Below the pieces are notes generated by a model, which did no database searches, was not told the DNA's origin, and saw only the letters and a list, made by a program, of their open reading frames with translations. A DNA stretch of 64,000 nt from an uncultured Pseudomonadales bacterium (lineage in GTDB: Bacteria; Patescibacteriota; Microgenomatia; UBA1400; PJMF01), in NCBI GenBank assembly GCA_964620965.1, contig CAZUHV010000001.1, forward strand, positions 445,171-509,170, given 5' to 3'. This document shows positions 51,589 to 62,425 of the stretch, piece after piece. Each line of letters starts with the position of its first letter. Within the stretch, counting starts at the first letter, position 1. The position numbers and the translations under genes are program-made.

Positions 51589-52455
51589 TTACAACTCTTC
51601 GATTTGAATTGTTGGTTCCATTTCTGGAGCTTCGATAAGTTTAAGATATTTTTCTGTAGTGGTAATTCTCTTGTGACCAACTAATTGTGAAACATACACT
51701 AAAGGAGTGCCTGCTCTTAATTGCTCAACAATAAAGGTGTGTCTTAAATCATTAACTTTAGCACCTTTAATACCTGCTAATCTAAAATATCTATCAATAG
51801 CTGTTCTGATGTTACGAACCAAGAATGGTCTACAGGTTTTGGTTAAAAACACAGTTTTTTCTCTTGCTCTTGGTCTGACTTGAATGTAGTCGGTAATAGC
51901 TGTTTTTGCAGCAGTGTTCATAGGAACTTTTCTTGCTCCTCTAGAATTTTGTGCTTGGATAGCAATTACGTTACGTTCAAAATCAACATCTGTAAGTTGT
52001 AGTGAAGCTAATTCAGAAATTCTCATACCAGTTTGAAGCAATAACTCAACAACTGCAGACATACGAACATCACCTCTACACGCATCTCTTAAAGCTCTGT
52101 ATTCTATCTTTGAGAGTACTCTTGGAGGAGATTGATCATACTTTGGATGGGAGATAACTTCTGCTGGGTTAACAGAAACTTCACCTTCACCAACTAAAAA
52201 TCTGAAAAATGCTTTGATTGAGTTAATTTTTCTAGAAATTGATTTTCCAGTATATCTTTGTTTGTTTAATAAAACTTTAAATTCATCGATATCTTCTGAA
52301 GAAACTTCATCTATTTGTGTTTTACCTAATTTGGTAACAAAATCAACGAGCTGTTCAACGTCTTTACTGTAAGCAATAACTGTTGCATTTGCTTTGCCAG
52401 CATTTCTAAGACTATCAGTAAATAACGCATGTGCGTCTAATAGTGTTTTGCTCAT
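51589..52455 (-). CDS. xerC: Tyrosine site-specific recombinase, XerC/XerD type
   Basis: 288 aa with a SAM-like N-domain. The catalytic R..HxxR..Y region is LRHTF...GHKRITTTEKY. Confidence 0.8.
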   Translation of the reverse strand: MSKTLLDAHALFTDSLRNAGKANATVIAYSKDVEQLVDFVTKLGKTQIDEVSSEDIDEFKVLLNKQRYTGKSISRKINSIKAFFRFLVGEGEVSVNPAEVISHPKYDQSPPRVLSKIEYRALRDACRGDVRMSAVVELLLQTGMRISELASLQLTDVDFERNVIAIQAQNSRGARKVPMNTAAKTAITDYIQVRPRAREKTVFLTKTCRPFLVRNIRTAIDRYFRLAGIKGAKVNDLRHTFIVEQLRAGTPLVYVSQLVGHKRITTTEKYLKLIEAPEMEPTIQIEEL

Positions 52456-52561
52456 AATAATTAACCTGTTTATTCTAACGTGTTACCACGATATACTTAT
52501 TTATAGTATTAAGTACTTTTTTTGACTTACTGATGTCTTATAATATCACAATTATGGATTT

Positions 52562-52927
52562 ATGGCAATAACCAAGTTACTCTACCATCCAATCACTATA
52601 TTAGCCCTAACTATAGTTGCTATTATGTTCTTTTTCTCCCTTGATAAGAGCTCTAAAAAAACACAAAGTTCTTCCGAAAATATAAGGGTTTTAGAGTATG
52701 AAATCGACCAAATTTCTAATAAAATTATTGGTCTTGAGGAGAAAATTGAGCTTACAGAGTCCGAACAATTTAAAGAAAAGGTTGTAAGAAACGAGCTATT
52801 ACTACAAAAACCAGGTGAATATATTTTGCAAATTCAAGAAAACACAGAAGCAAAACCTGAAAATAAGCTTATAAATGAAACAAAAACAGTAACACCTTTA
52901 GAAAATTGGAAAGAAATTTTGCTGTAG
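52562..52927 (+). CDS. FtsB/DivIC-like septum-formation initiator (TM + coiled coil), tentative
   Basis: 121 aa with an N-terminal TM followed by a heptad-rich segment. Confidence 0.35.
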   Translation: MAITKLLYHPITILALTIVAIMFFFSLDKSSKKTQSSSENIRVLEYEIDQISNKIIGLEEKIELTESEQFKEKVVRNELLLQKPGEYILQIQENTEAKPENKLINETKTVTPLENWKEILL

Positions 52928-52998
52928 CAAGGGTGGGAGTTGAACCCACGACCTTCGGTTTATGAATCCGATGCTCTAACCAACTGAGCTACCTTGCC
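52925..52998 (-). tRNA. tRNA-Met (anticodon CAT), elongator-like (or tRNA-Ile2 if lysidinylated)
   Basis: A manual cloverleaf gives a 7-bp acceptor with G1-U72, a GCTC/GAGC D-stem, the anticodon loop TTCATAA, the T-arm GTGGG-TTCAACT-CCCAC and discriminator A. Confidence 0.75.
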
Positions 52999-53067
52999 AC
53001 TTTTAAACTCAAAACTTGAGTACTTGAGGGTAAATGCACCACTCGAGATCATTATTATACCAGATTT

Positions 53068-53096
53068 TTGACATTTGACCATTAAAAGTTTATAAT
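53068..53096 (+). promoter_or_regulatory. Perfect consensus sigma70 promoter TTGACA-N17-TATAAT upstream of initiator-like tRNA
   Basis: Hexamers read directly. The transcription start would be approx 75 nt before the tRNA. Confidence 0.55.
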
Positions 53097-53180
53097 ACAC
53101 TCTTGTCATCCCAGAGAAATAATTCGTTTGTTTATCTGAAGATATTAAAAAAGTAATACATGTAATTTAATTACATGACG

Positions 53181-53249
53181 CGCGGGGTAGTGTACGGTGC
53201 ACGTGAGGCTCATAATCTCACAGGCCGGGTTCGACTCCCGGCTCCGCAA
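53181..53249 (+). tRNA. tRNA-Met (CAT), initiator-like (C1-A72 mismatch, A73), compact D-loop
   Basis: The 5' end CGCGGGG and 3' end CTCCGCA-A resemble bacterial tRNA-fMet. The anticodon loop is CTCATAA and the T-arm is CCGGG-TTCGACT-CCCGG. It is followed by a terminator. Confidence 0.6.
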
Positions 53250-53257
53250 ATTAGACA

Positions 53258-53285
53258 AAAGACTCCCAAAACTGGGAGTCTTTTG
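53258..53285 (+). terminator. Rho-independent terminator after tRNA
   Basis: A GACTCCC-AAAACT-GGGAGTC hairpin followed by TTTT. Confidence 0.6.
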
Positions 53286-53400
53286 CTTAATTTTGTGCTT
53301 TGACTTGAGTTGGTTGACATAAATCAGCACGAATCTGACCGACCTTCTGGGAGGGAATGTCCTGAGTAGAGACGAAGGACCCGGCTCCGCAACATTGTAA

Positions 53401-53430
53401 AAAAGCCTCCAATAATACGGAGGCTTTTTT
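53401..53430 (+). terminator. Second rho-independent terminator (GCCTCC...GGAGGC + T6) after duplicated tRNA 3'-end segment
   Basis: Hairpin plus T-run read directly. Confidence 0.55.
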
Positions 53431-53466
53431 GACAATAAAGACTTTTTTGATAAAATCTGGACTTAT

Positions 53467-53754
53467 ATGAAAACTCACGCTGAAACGCTCGAAACAAGAA
53501 TCCAAGCATTTATAGCAGAAACAAATCTAATAACCGAAGAAATCGCCTTTAGAACTGCAGTTGCTAACTGGGTTAATGGCTTAACTGTCGAGGAAAAACT
53601 CACTATCTTTCAAGACATACTACATATTTATCCTTATCAAGAGCTCTTCTCAAGCCCAAGTTACAAAGTTCAAAACACTGTTAATGCTGTACTCTACGAT
53701 ATTCTTAAAGAGCTCTCTCATCTTGGTCTAAACACTAGTGTGAGACCTCATTAA
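53467..53754 (+). CDS. Hypothetical protein
   Basis: 95 aa ORF with no recognisable motif. Confidence 0.35.
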   Translation: MKTHAETLETRIQAFIAETNLITEEIAFRTAVANWVNGLTVEEKLTIFQDILHIYPYQELFSSPSYKVQNTVNAVLYDILKELSHLGLNTSVRPH

Positions 53755-53803
53755 AAAAAGACTACTAGACTGAGCAAAAAACTCAGTATATCCTTATAGA
53801 CAA

Positions 53804-54271
53804 ATGTCAAAACAATTTACCCCTCAGGAAATACTTGATACCATGAGAAAAATCTCACTTATGAGTCTTGCTGTTTCAAATAAAAATAATCAACCACAAG
53901 CTCATATGATGCTTTTTGCTGTTTCAGATGATTTCATGGTTTATTGTGTAACCTCAAGAAACAGCAGTAAACATCAAGCTATCCAAGAAAATAATAAAGT
54001 TGGACTTTCCGTTTGGGATAATAAAAATATGTTAGTCCAAATTCAGGCAACTGCTCAAGAAATTACTGGAGATGAAGCCCTTGAAGCAATCGACAGAATT
54101 GCTGACAAAGCAACTGATATTCCAGGATTCTGGCCACCAGTTTTACAACTTACAAAAAGTGACTATGTCGTCTTTAAAATTACTCCAAACTATATTAGAG
54201 CTTTAGACCTCTCGAATGAAAACATGACAAGTCATGATACGTTATTTACCAATATAGGAACTCAGTTATGA
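53804..54271 (+). CDS. Pyridoxamine 5'-phosphate oxidase-like FMN-binding split-barrel protein
   Basis: 155 aa with a PNPOx-like size and pattern. Weak. Confidence 0.45.
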   Translation: MSKQFTPQEILDTMRKISLMSLAVSNKNNQPQAHMMLFAVSDDFMVYCVTSRNSSKHQAIQENNKVGLSVWDNKNMLVQIQATAQEITGDEALEAIDRIADKATDIPGFWPPVLQLTKSDYVVFKITPNYIRALDLSNENMTSHDTLFTNIGTQL

Positions 54272-54630
54272 AAAAAAAGGTCCTTATACTAGAAGATGAT
54301 ATCTTTCTAGTCAAGGTCATGCAAAAAAAATTTGAAAAAAACGGGAATGAAGTTATGTTTTTGCTTGATGGAGTCAAAGCCGTAGAAACTGCAAAAAACT
54401 TTCAACCAGATGTAATATTGGCAGATTTAATTATGCCAGAAAAAGATGGGTTTATTGCTATAAAAGAATTAAAATCTGACGAACAAACAAAAACTATTCC
54501 TATTATAGTAACTTCAAATTTAAGTTCTGATGAAGATGTCGAACGCGCAAAAAGACTTGGAGTGGAAAGATACTTTATAAAAAGTAACTCTGGTTTAGCA
54601 GAAGTTATTGAGTATATTGCAACCTTGTAA
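54268..54630 (+). CDS. Single-domain response regulator (CheY-like receiver)
   Basis: 120 aa with VLILEDD, the phospho-acceptor in ILADLIMP and conserved T/K positions. Confidence 0.8.
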   Translation: MKKKVLILEDDIFLVKVMQKKFEKNGNEVMFLLDGVKAVETAKNFQPDVILADLIMPEKDGFIAIKELKSDEQTKTIPIIVTSNLSSDEDVERAKRLGVERYFIKSNSGLAEVIEYIATL

Positions 54631-54649
54631 AGTTTTTCTAAATATATAA

Positions 54650-55351
54650 ATGAGTTTTAAACAATTTTTTACTAGTAAAAACGCTGAGACTTTTTCAAAA
54701 GCTGTGATTAATTCTGGTATTCCCAAAAATGCTATTCTGGTAAAAATGGAACAAGTTCATGGTTGTGAGATCAAACAGGTTGAAGAAATTGAAAAAACTG
54801 AAACGGACTCACGCCCTGCTGCTTTAGAAATAAATGAAGTTGATGCCTGTTATACTTCCCAAAAAAATACTTTTCTCTCTGTAAAAACAGCAGATTGTCT
54901 TCCCATTCTGATTCATGGATTCAGAAATCAGCTTAAACAAGAGTTTGTTGCAGCTGCACACGCAGGCAGGAAAAGTACTCAACAGAAAATTTTGTATAAA
55001 TTACTTGAGGAACTTGATTCTGAATATAATTTTGTAAAAAAATTAAAAGAAAAACAAACAGTTTCTGGTTTAAAAATCAAAAAAAGTGATGTTCTTTATA
55101 TCTGGTTTGGCCCTGCAATTTGCGTTGATTGCTACCAAATTGACAAAAAAACAAACTTACATTTCGATTTAATTGAAGAAAATAAAAAACAACTATTTGA
55201 TTTTTTTAAAAAAAACAATTTAAATCCAAAAAAATCTTTAAACCTAAAAATTGAAAAGCACTGCACTTTACACGAGAACGAAAAATATTATTCTTACCGA
55301 GCAACTGGTCCTGGTGTAAAAATGAATTATAGTTTTATTGGAATTATTTGA
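54650..55351 (+). CDS. pgeF: YfiH/PgeF (DUF152) laccase-domain purine nucleoside phosphorylase-like protein
   Basis: The blocks QVHG, DACYT, TADCLPIL, AHAGRK and GPAICVDCYQI match the YfiH family motifs. Confidence 0.65.
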   Translation: MSFKQFFTSKNAETFSKAVINSGIPKNAILVKMEQVHGCEIKQVEEIEKTETDSRPAALEINEVDACYTSQKNTFLSVKTADCLPILIHGFRNQLKQEFVAAAHAGRKSTQQKILYKLLEELDSEYNFVKKLKEKQTVSGLKIKKSDVLYIWFGPAICVDCYQIDKKTNLHFDLIEENKKQLFDFFKKNNLNPKKSLNLKIEKHCTLHENEKYYSYRATGPGVKMNYSFIGII

Positions 55352-55760
55352 TCTTTCCAATTGTTTGCATAGTTTCTTTTGGACTCCCTTTAAACCACCT
55401 CCTCTTTCTCTTTTTTTCAAGGATTTCTGATTCTATTTCTTCTGGGAGTCCTTCTGCGAGTTGTTCTGCAAGAAGTGCTGCATCGGGGATATGCGTGTGA
55501 AGATCTGGGACTAAATCTAACATCACTGCAGTTGGATGCCGTTCGCTTAATTGTGCGTCTGCTGCTATAAGGTCTAAATCAACGTTCTGCTCTTCTTCTC
55601 CTTCACCCTTCTTTCTCCTTTTATGATATTCAACCAATAAAAAGATCACTGCTCCTGCAAGAGTCACAGAGACCCCAAGAATTTCTTTCCAATGAGTTTT
55701 TGCAAACTCTTGTGGGGTTTGTTTTCCAGCTTCTATACTTTGACTTACAGATGTTTTCAT
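55344..55760 (-). CDS. Hypothetical single-TM protein
   Basis: 138 aa with one TM and charged tails. Confidence 0.35.
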   Translation of the reverse strand: MKTSVSQSIEAGKQTPQEFAKTHWKEILGVSVTLAGAVIFLLVEYHKRRKKGEGEEEQNVDLDLIAADAQLSERHPTAVMLDLVPDLHTHIPDAALLAEQLAEGLPEEIESEILEKKRKRRWFKGSPKETMQTIGKIK

Positions 55761-55773
55761 TTTTCTAGTGTAC

Positions 55774-55805
55774 TAAAAAAACGCCCTCTGTATAAGGGCG
55801 TTTTT
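55774..55805 (-). terminator. Bidirectional rho-independent terminator downstream of groEL
   Basis: A CGCCCT-CTGTATA-AGGGCG hairpin flanked by A- and T-runs. Confidence 0.65.
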
Positions 55806-55846
55806 AAAATTCTTTAATTTTTTATTTTATAGCTATTTTTGCAAAA

Positions 55847-57487
<1,641 letters not shown>

Positions 57488-57563
57488 TTATTTTATTTTT
57501 CTCATTTCGCGAAAACAAGTCTGTTCCCACGAAAATAAAAATATATATTATCTTAATTAATTT

Positions 57564-57869
57564 TTACTTAACTACTGCGAGGACATCCTCAAATTTTAAG
57601 AATTGGTACTCTGTATCACCAATTTTGAAATCATTACCACCCCATTTTTTATAAATCACAGTTTGGCCAACTTTTACAGGTGCCGAAATTTCTTTCACAC
57701 CTGATTCCCAAATTGAGTCACCAACAGCTAAGACTGTGCCATGTTGTGGTTTTTCTACTGAATTTTCTGGTAAATACAGACCAGAGGCTGTTTTAGTTTC
57801 TACTTGTACTGGCTCTACCAAAATATAGCCAGCTAATGGTTGAATTTTCTTGACAGAAATATCTGACAT
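57564..57869 (-). CDS. groS: Co-chaperonin GroES
   Basis: 101 aa with the Cpn10 pattern IQPLAGYILVEP...GTVLAVG. Confidence 0.9.
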   Translation of the reverse strand: MSDISVKKIQPLAGYILVEPVQVETKTASGLYLPENSVEKPQHGTVLAVGDSIWESGVKEISAPVKVGQTVIYKKWGGNDFKIGDTEYQFLKFEDVLAVVK

Positions 57870-57952
57870 GAATTTCCCTCCTAAATGTATTTAATACTGT
57901 AGATTGTTGGGAAAAATAAAACTCCCAACGCGATATATATTTATACCACAAA

Positions 57953-57979
57953 CTAGCAATGATGCAAGTGTTTTGCTAA
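57953..57979. promoter_or_regulatory. CIRCE-like operator CTAGCAATG-N9-TTTTGCTAA upstream of groES
   Basis: Same TAGCAA-N13-TTGCTA inverted-repeat core as the hrcA element. It lies approx 85 nt upstream of the groES start. Confidence 0.55.
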
Positions 57980-58038
57980 AAAACAGAGTTATGAAAAACA
58001 AAATTTCAAAAAATGAGAAAAAGAACCTTAAAAAAACT

Positions 58039-58659
58039 TTACTCTTTATTTTCTTTGACTTCTTCAGCATCACTCTCGATGATTACTCGAGTACCTTTGC
58101 CACCAACAAGTCTCACTGAAGAAAGTAAGAATCCTTCACAATCTAAGCCACGATCTTGAAAATAAGTATTTAACTCTTGTTTTACAAGATTTTCAACTTC
58201 ACCACGATGTTGTTTTATTTGATCTAAAGTAAGTTCAGAGAACAAACTTGCAATTTTACTTCTAGAAAATGGTCTCACAACCTTGCTGACCACATTTTCT
58301 CCAAGATTTTCCCAGAGTTCAGGCGCATTATGTCGATCTATTCTAAACAAAACTGAACCTTCAACAGTAATGTCTTTGCCATCTTTTGTAGTACAAAAAA
58401 CTTTGTCATCTCCAAGAGCCTCTTTGTTTTTTGAAAAATCAAAACCATCGGTTATAGAATATTCGATAATCTGAGCGTTAAACAATTTTGCAACCTGCCA
58501 AAAAGGGATCTTAAAGTGAAGGCCTGGCCCCCAAATTTTAGGCAACACACCTCTTCCTCTGTCATACACGCAAGCAATGTGTCCAGGTGGAACAGAGATA
58601 AAAAATCCTCCAACAACTTCGTCAACCAAAAAAGAAACCACAAGTCTATCGAATTCCAT
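58039..58659 (-). CDS. SPFH/Band-7 (prohibitin/stomatin-like) domain protein
   Basis: 206 aa with an N-terminal hydrophobic segment and a Band-7 core. Confidence 0.7.
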   Translation of the reverse strand: MEFDRLVVSFLVDEVVGGFFISVPPGHIACVYDRGRGVLPKIWGPGLHFKIPFWQVAKLFNAQIIEYSITDGFDFSKNKEALGDDKVFCTTKDGKDITVEGSVLFRIDRHNAPELWENLGENVVSKVVRPFSRSKIASLFSELTLDQIKQHRGEVENLVKQELNTYFQDRGLDCEGFLLSSVRLVGGKGTRVIIESDAEEVKENKE

Positions 58660-58737
58660 ATATCTTTACTATAAATTTTCTAATCAAGTTTGTATAGTAC
58701 AAACCATATACTTTTACTGCGAAAGGTCATTATAACC

Positions 58738-59541
58738 CTATTTTGTTTCAACAACAATCTTTTCTTCTGGTATCTCACCTTTTTCTTTAGCTTCTTCCTC
58801 ACTAATTTTCTTTTCTTTATAAAGATCAAACTTCATCCTAATTGCCTTATATAAGGTCAGGATAATGCTCACAACAAGTGAAGTAATGACAAATAATTTT
58901 TTACCAGCTGGCATTGCCATAAATACTAAAAATGAGACAACTGGAAGAACTAATTGCATACGTACAACCTCATTTCGAGATACATAATATGGAGAGGTAT
59001 ATCCAGATATTGTTTCTAAAATAAAAATCAAAATTGACTGCAATAAATTAAGAGTAAAACTTGTATGTGCAAGATCATATTTACCCAAAAATACCAGATT
59101 AAATGGTAGATCAATTTTTGGCATGAATGGGTAAATTAAATGTAAGTCAGCCCCCTCAAGACCAGTCGTAAATATTTTATAGAGCATTAAAGCCACCATC
59201 ACTTGGATTGCTAAGTTAATTAGTTCTGTTACTAAAACTTTTCTTGATTTTTTTAAAACTCGCTTTTTTTCTCGTTCTAGTTTGATTGGCTCTGCTACAT
59301 AAATTTCTTCAAGTTCTTTAATTTTTTCTGCAATTTCTCTTCTGTCTTTCTCCGATCTTTGCCCAGATAGTGACATTGGCAATAACAATAGACGAACTAA
59401 CAGTGTTAGAAAAATAACTGCAATTCCCATATCTGGGGAACCTTGCGTAAATTGTCCAAGTAACCAATAAAATCCAACTAAAATATTTAAAAAAGGTTGA
59501 TAAATAAAAGTAATAAAAGTTGAACCTATGATATCAAACAT
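58738..59541 (-). CDS. yidC: Membrane protein insertase YidC (short Gram-positive type)
   Basis: 267 aa with 5 TM helices. The conserved Arg-containing first TM is GIAVIFLTLLVRLLLLP. Confidence 0.8.
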   Translation of the reverse strand: MFDIIGSTFITFIYQPFLNILVGFYWLLGQFTQGSPDMGIAVIFLTLLVRLLLLPMSLSGQRSEKDRREIAEKIKELEEIYVAEPIKLEREKKRVLKKSRKVLVTELINLAIQVMVALMLYKIFTTGLEGADLHLIYPFMPKIDLPFNLVFLGKYDLAHTSFTLNLLQSILIFILETISGYTSPYYVSRNEVVRMQLVLPVVSFLVFMAMPAGKKLFVITSLVVSIILTLYKAIRMKFDLYKEKKISEEEAKEKGEIPEEKIVVETK

Positions 59542-59546
59542 ACAAA

Positions 59547-59888
59547 TTAGCTTTCGAGTTCGTCTTGAGGACCAAGTAATTTATCAATGCTTTGTACTGC
59601 ATTTTTAAGGCCAACTACAAGCTTCTCTGAAAGATCAAGAATTTCGTCGTCTAAAGAAATCTTTTCTAAAATAACATTGGTTTCATCGATAAAAGCATTC
59701 AGAGCAGTATCTAAAATAGTACCATTTTCATCTGCCCACTTTTTTTGCTGATTCACCGGTAATTTAAGAGCATCATCAAGAGCCTTGTTAACTTCTGTGA
59801 TTTCTCTTACCTTGAGATAAAGTACAAATTTTTGTGAGGAAACTGTGGTCTCATTCGTTGATGTTAGCATCGATGATTTTGTTGCCAT
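59547..59888 (-). CDS. Hypothetical acidic protein upstream of yidC
   Basis: 113 aa ORF with no motif. Confidence 0.35.
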   Translation of the reverse strand: MATKSSMLTSTNETTVSSQKFVLYLKVREITEVNKALDDALKLPVNQQKKWADENGTILDTALNAFIDETNVILEKISLDDEILDLSEKLVVGLKNAVQSIDKLLGPQDELES

Positions 59889-60003
59889 GACATTGATTAT
59901 ATCAAAGAATTCTCATGTGACAGCTATAAAAATACATTCAAGTAGCCTGAGTTTGACTTGAGAAGGTATAATATACCTTTGTAAAAGATAGCTAACTTAT
60001 ATA

Positions 60004-61098
60004 ATGAAAATCATTGATTTATCAAATACAGCAATAGAAACCGTTATTTTAGAAACTTGTAAAGTTTTAGAAAACGGAGGTCTTGTGCTGTTTCCAACAG
60101 AAACGACATACGGAGCTGGAGTTGATGCTACAAATCAAACAGCAGTAGATAAACTACTCGCTTATAAATCTCGAAGAGAAGGAAAACCTTTATCTATTCT
60201 TGTCCACAATAAAGAAATGGCGCAAGAATATGTTGAAATCAATGAGCAAGCTAGTAAATTGTATTCACAATTTCTGCCAGGACCTGTCACAGTAGTTTCA
60301 AAAAGCTTAGGCACTGTTGCAGAGGGAGTTGCTAGCGAGTTTGGCACTCTTGGAGTGCGAATCCCTGATTATGACCTTATGTTAGAAATTTCCAAAAGTT
60401 TTAAAAAACCAATTACTGCAACATCTGCAAATGCTTCTGGAAAAAAAAGACCATACGCTGTTGCAGATATATTCAAAAACTTGAGTGAAAAACAAAAAGG
60501 CTTAGTTGATCTTGTTTTAGATGCTGGTGAATTACCACATAATGAACCTTCTACTGTAATTGACACAACACTCTCAACTCCAGTGATGTTGCGCTCTAGC
60601 GACAGAGCTGAACATAAACAAGAGTCACAAACAAATGAACATACAACGATTCTTACTTCAAATTCTGAAGCTGAAACCCAAGCAATTGCTGGAAGGCTCT
60701 TGTTGCAACATTGGAATTCTGTGAGTACAACCGGAATCGTTATCGCATTGGATGGAGATCTTGGAATTGGCAAAACAATTTTTACTAAAGGATTGGCAAA
60801 TTTTCTAAAAATTGAGGACACAATTAGTTCTCCCACATATTCATATATTGAAGAATACGACTTTACAAGACATCAGACGAAAGGTCACTTATACCACTTA
60901 GACATGTGGAAAGTTGCAGACAAAGAAACTTTTGACAGACTCGAAATTGCAACCCTACTAAAAAGTAACTCTGTTATTGTAATTGAGTGGTTTTCGCAAA
61001 TTGAAGAATTTATTATCCCTCTACTTGGAACAACGAAACTTATAAAAATCAACTTTACAGAAGATGGTCAAACAAGAAAACTAGAAATTGTTGAGTAA
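60004..61098 (+). CDS. tsaC: Fusion of threonylcarbamoyl-AMP synthase (TsaC/YrdC domain) and TsaE (YjeE P-loop ATPase)
   Basis: The N-terminal YrdC fold contains LFPTETTYGAGVDA. The C-terminal TsaE part carries the P-loop GDLGIGKT plus SPTYSY and HLD. It is followed by tsaD. Confidence 0.75.
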   Translation: MKIIDLSNTAIETVILETCKVLENGGLVLFPTETTYGAGVDATNQTAVDKLLAYKSRREGKPLSILVHNKEMAQEYVEINEQASKLYSQFLPGPVTVVSKSLGTVAEGVASEFGTLGVRIPDYDLMLEISKSFKKPITATSANASGKKRPYAVADIFKNLSEKQKGLVDLVLDAGELPHNEPSTVIDTTLSTPVMLRSSDRAEHKQESQTNEHTTILTSNSEAETQAIAGRLLLQHWNSVSTTGIVIALDGDLGIGKTIFTKGLANFLKIEDTISSPTYSYIEEYDFTRHQTKGHLYHLDMWKVADKETFDRLEIATLLKSNSVIVIEWFSQIEEFIIPLLGTTKLIKINFTEDGQTRKLEIVE

Positions 61099-61118
61099 GG
61101 TACAAAACTTACTTATTC

Positions 61119-62408
61119 GTGAAACTATACGAAAAACCAAAACCAACAAAGCAAGAAACTAAACCAATTGAAATTATGGATAAAAAAAGCAAAACACTAC
61201 CAGTGATCTTAGCCGTTGATACATCTTGCGATGACACAGCAGCTTCTGTTTTGCATGGCACAACTATTCTATCAAATGTTATTGCCTCTCAAACACAACT
61301 ACACAAACAATATGGAGGTGTATTTCCTACTGTTGCAAAACAAGCTCATAAAGAAAATATTCTTCCAACAATAGATGCTGCTCTTAAAAAAGCTCGTATT
61401 TCTTGGGAAGATCTAGATGCACTTGCAGTAACTACTGGACCTGGCTTAGCACCCGCTTTGGAAGTTGGAATTAATACAATGAAAGAACTTGCTCAAGAAA
61501 AAAAGCTTCCTCTCATTGCGGTAAATCATATTGAGGGGCATGCTCTTTCTGCAATTGCGCAAAGAAATTCAAGAACAGTTAACCACACTAAAACTCTAGC
61601 TACACAACTGAAAAACAGTACTAGAACAGGAACAAAAAACACTGAAGATAAGAAAAAAAACGATACTGAAATCCACTATCCTGTACTCTCTGTCGTTGTT
61701 TCTGGTGGCCACACACAGTTTATTTATTTTGAAGAAATAGGAAGTTATAAAATTTTGGGTTCAACAATAGATGATGCAGCTGGTGAATGTTTAGATAAAA
61801 TTGGAAGAATGTTAAATCTTGGATATCCAGCAGGACCTACAATTGAGAAGTTTGCAAAACTTGGAGATGAAAAAAGATTTGAGTTTCCATTGCCAATGAC
61901 AACAGTCAAAACTTTTGATATGAGCTTTTCTGGACTTAAAACATTTGCACGAAATTTCATCCAAAAATTAACCGAAGAAAAAGAGCTTGGAAAACAAGAC
62001 ATTTATGATATTTGTGCATCAGCACAATACTCTGTATTTAGGCATATAAATTATAAATTGAGTAAATTATTATTAGAAGTGCCTATTGCAGAAGTTTGGC
62101 TTGGTGGAGGGGTTGCTCAAAACAAATATTTACGGCAAACAATACGCGAAACTATACAAGAGTTTGAAAAAAATAGTTTGGATAACTCTAGCCAAAAATT
62201 TAGAAAAAACGAAGCTACTGAACAAAAAATTAAAGCAACTCAAACAAGAAAAATTAAGTTTCGTTACCCTTTCACAAACAGATTATGCATGGATAACGCA
62301 GCAATGATTGGCGTTGTTGCAAACTTTAAGTTTCAAAAAAAAGAGTTTGTTACAGAACTATCAAAATTAGACAGAAAACCAAAGTGGAAAGTTGAGGAAA
62401 AACTGTAA
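61119..62408 (+). CDS. tsaD: tRNA N6-adenosine threonylcarbamoyltransferase TsaD (Kae1/YgjD family) with low-complexity insertion
   Basis: The N-terminus is LAVDTSCDDTAASV, and the metal site VNHIEGH and GGVAQN are present. Confidence 0.85.
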   Translation: MKLYEKPKPTKQETKPIEIMDKKSKTLPVILAVDTSCDDTAASVLHGTTILSNVIASQTQLHKQYGGVFPTVAKQAHKENILPTIDAALKKARISWEDLDALAVTTGPGLAPALEVGINTMKELAQEKKLPLIAVNHIEGHALSAIAQRNSRTVNHTKTLATQLKNSTRTGTKNTEDKKKNDTEIHYPVLSVVVSGGHTQFIYFEEIGSYKILGSTIDDAAGECLDKIGRMLNLGYPAGPTIEKFAKLGDEKRFEFPLPMTTVKTFDMSFSGLKTFARNFIQKLTEEKELGKQDIYDICASAQYSVFRHINYKLSKLLLEVPIAEVWLGGGVAQNKYLRQTIRETIQEFEKNSLDNSSQKFRKNEATEQKIKATQTRKIKFRYPFTNRLCMDNAAMIGVVANFKFQKKEFVTELSKLDRKPKWKVEEKL

Positions 62409-62425
62409 ATACCTCAGAAAAAAGT

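Noticed and set aside
53140-53440. tmRNA (ssrA) suggested by the GGGTTCGACTCCCGGCTCCGCA tRNA-like 3' end
   Set aside because: The region folds as a complete tRNA with an anticodon arm (CAT) of only approx 69 nt. No tag-peptide reading frame or pseudoknot region is present between the 5' acceptor strand and the T-arm.
53145-53509. ORFs of 61-96 aa overlapping the tRNA-fMet locus
   Set aside because: They cover a tRNA gene and two terminators and are therefore not coding.
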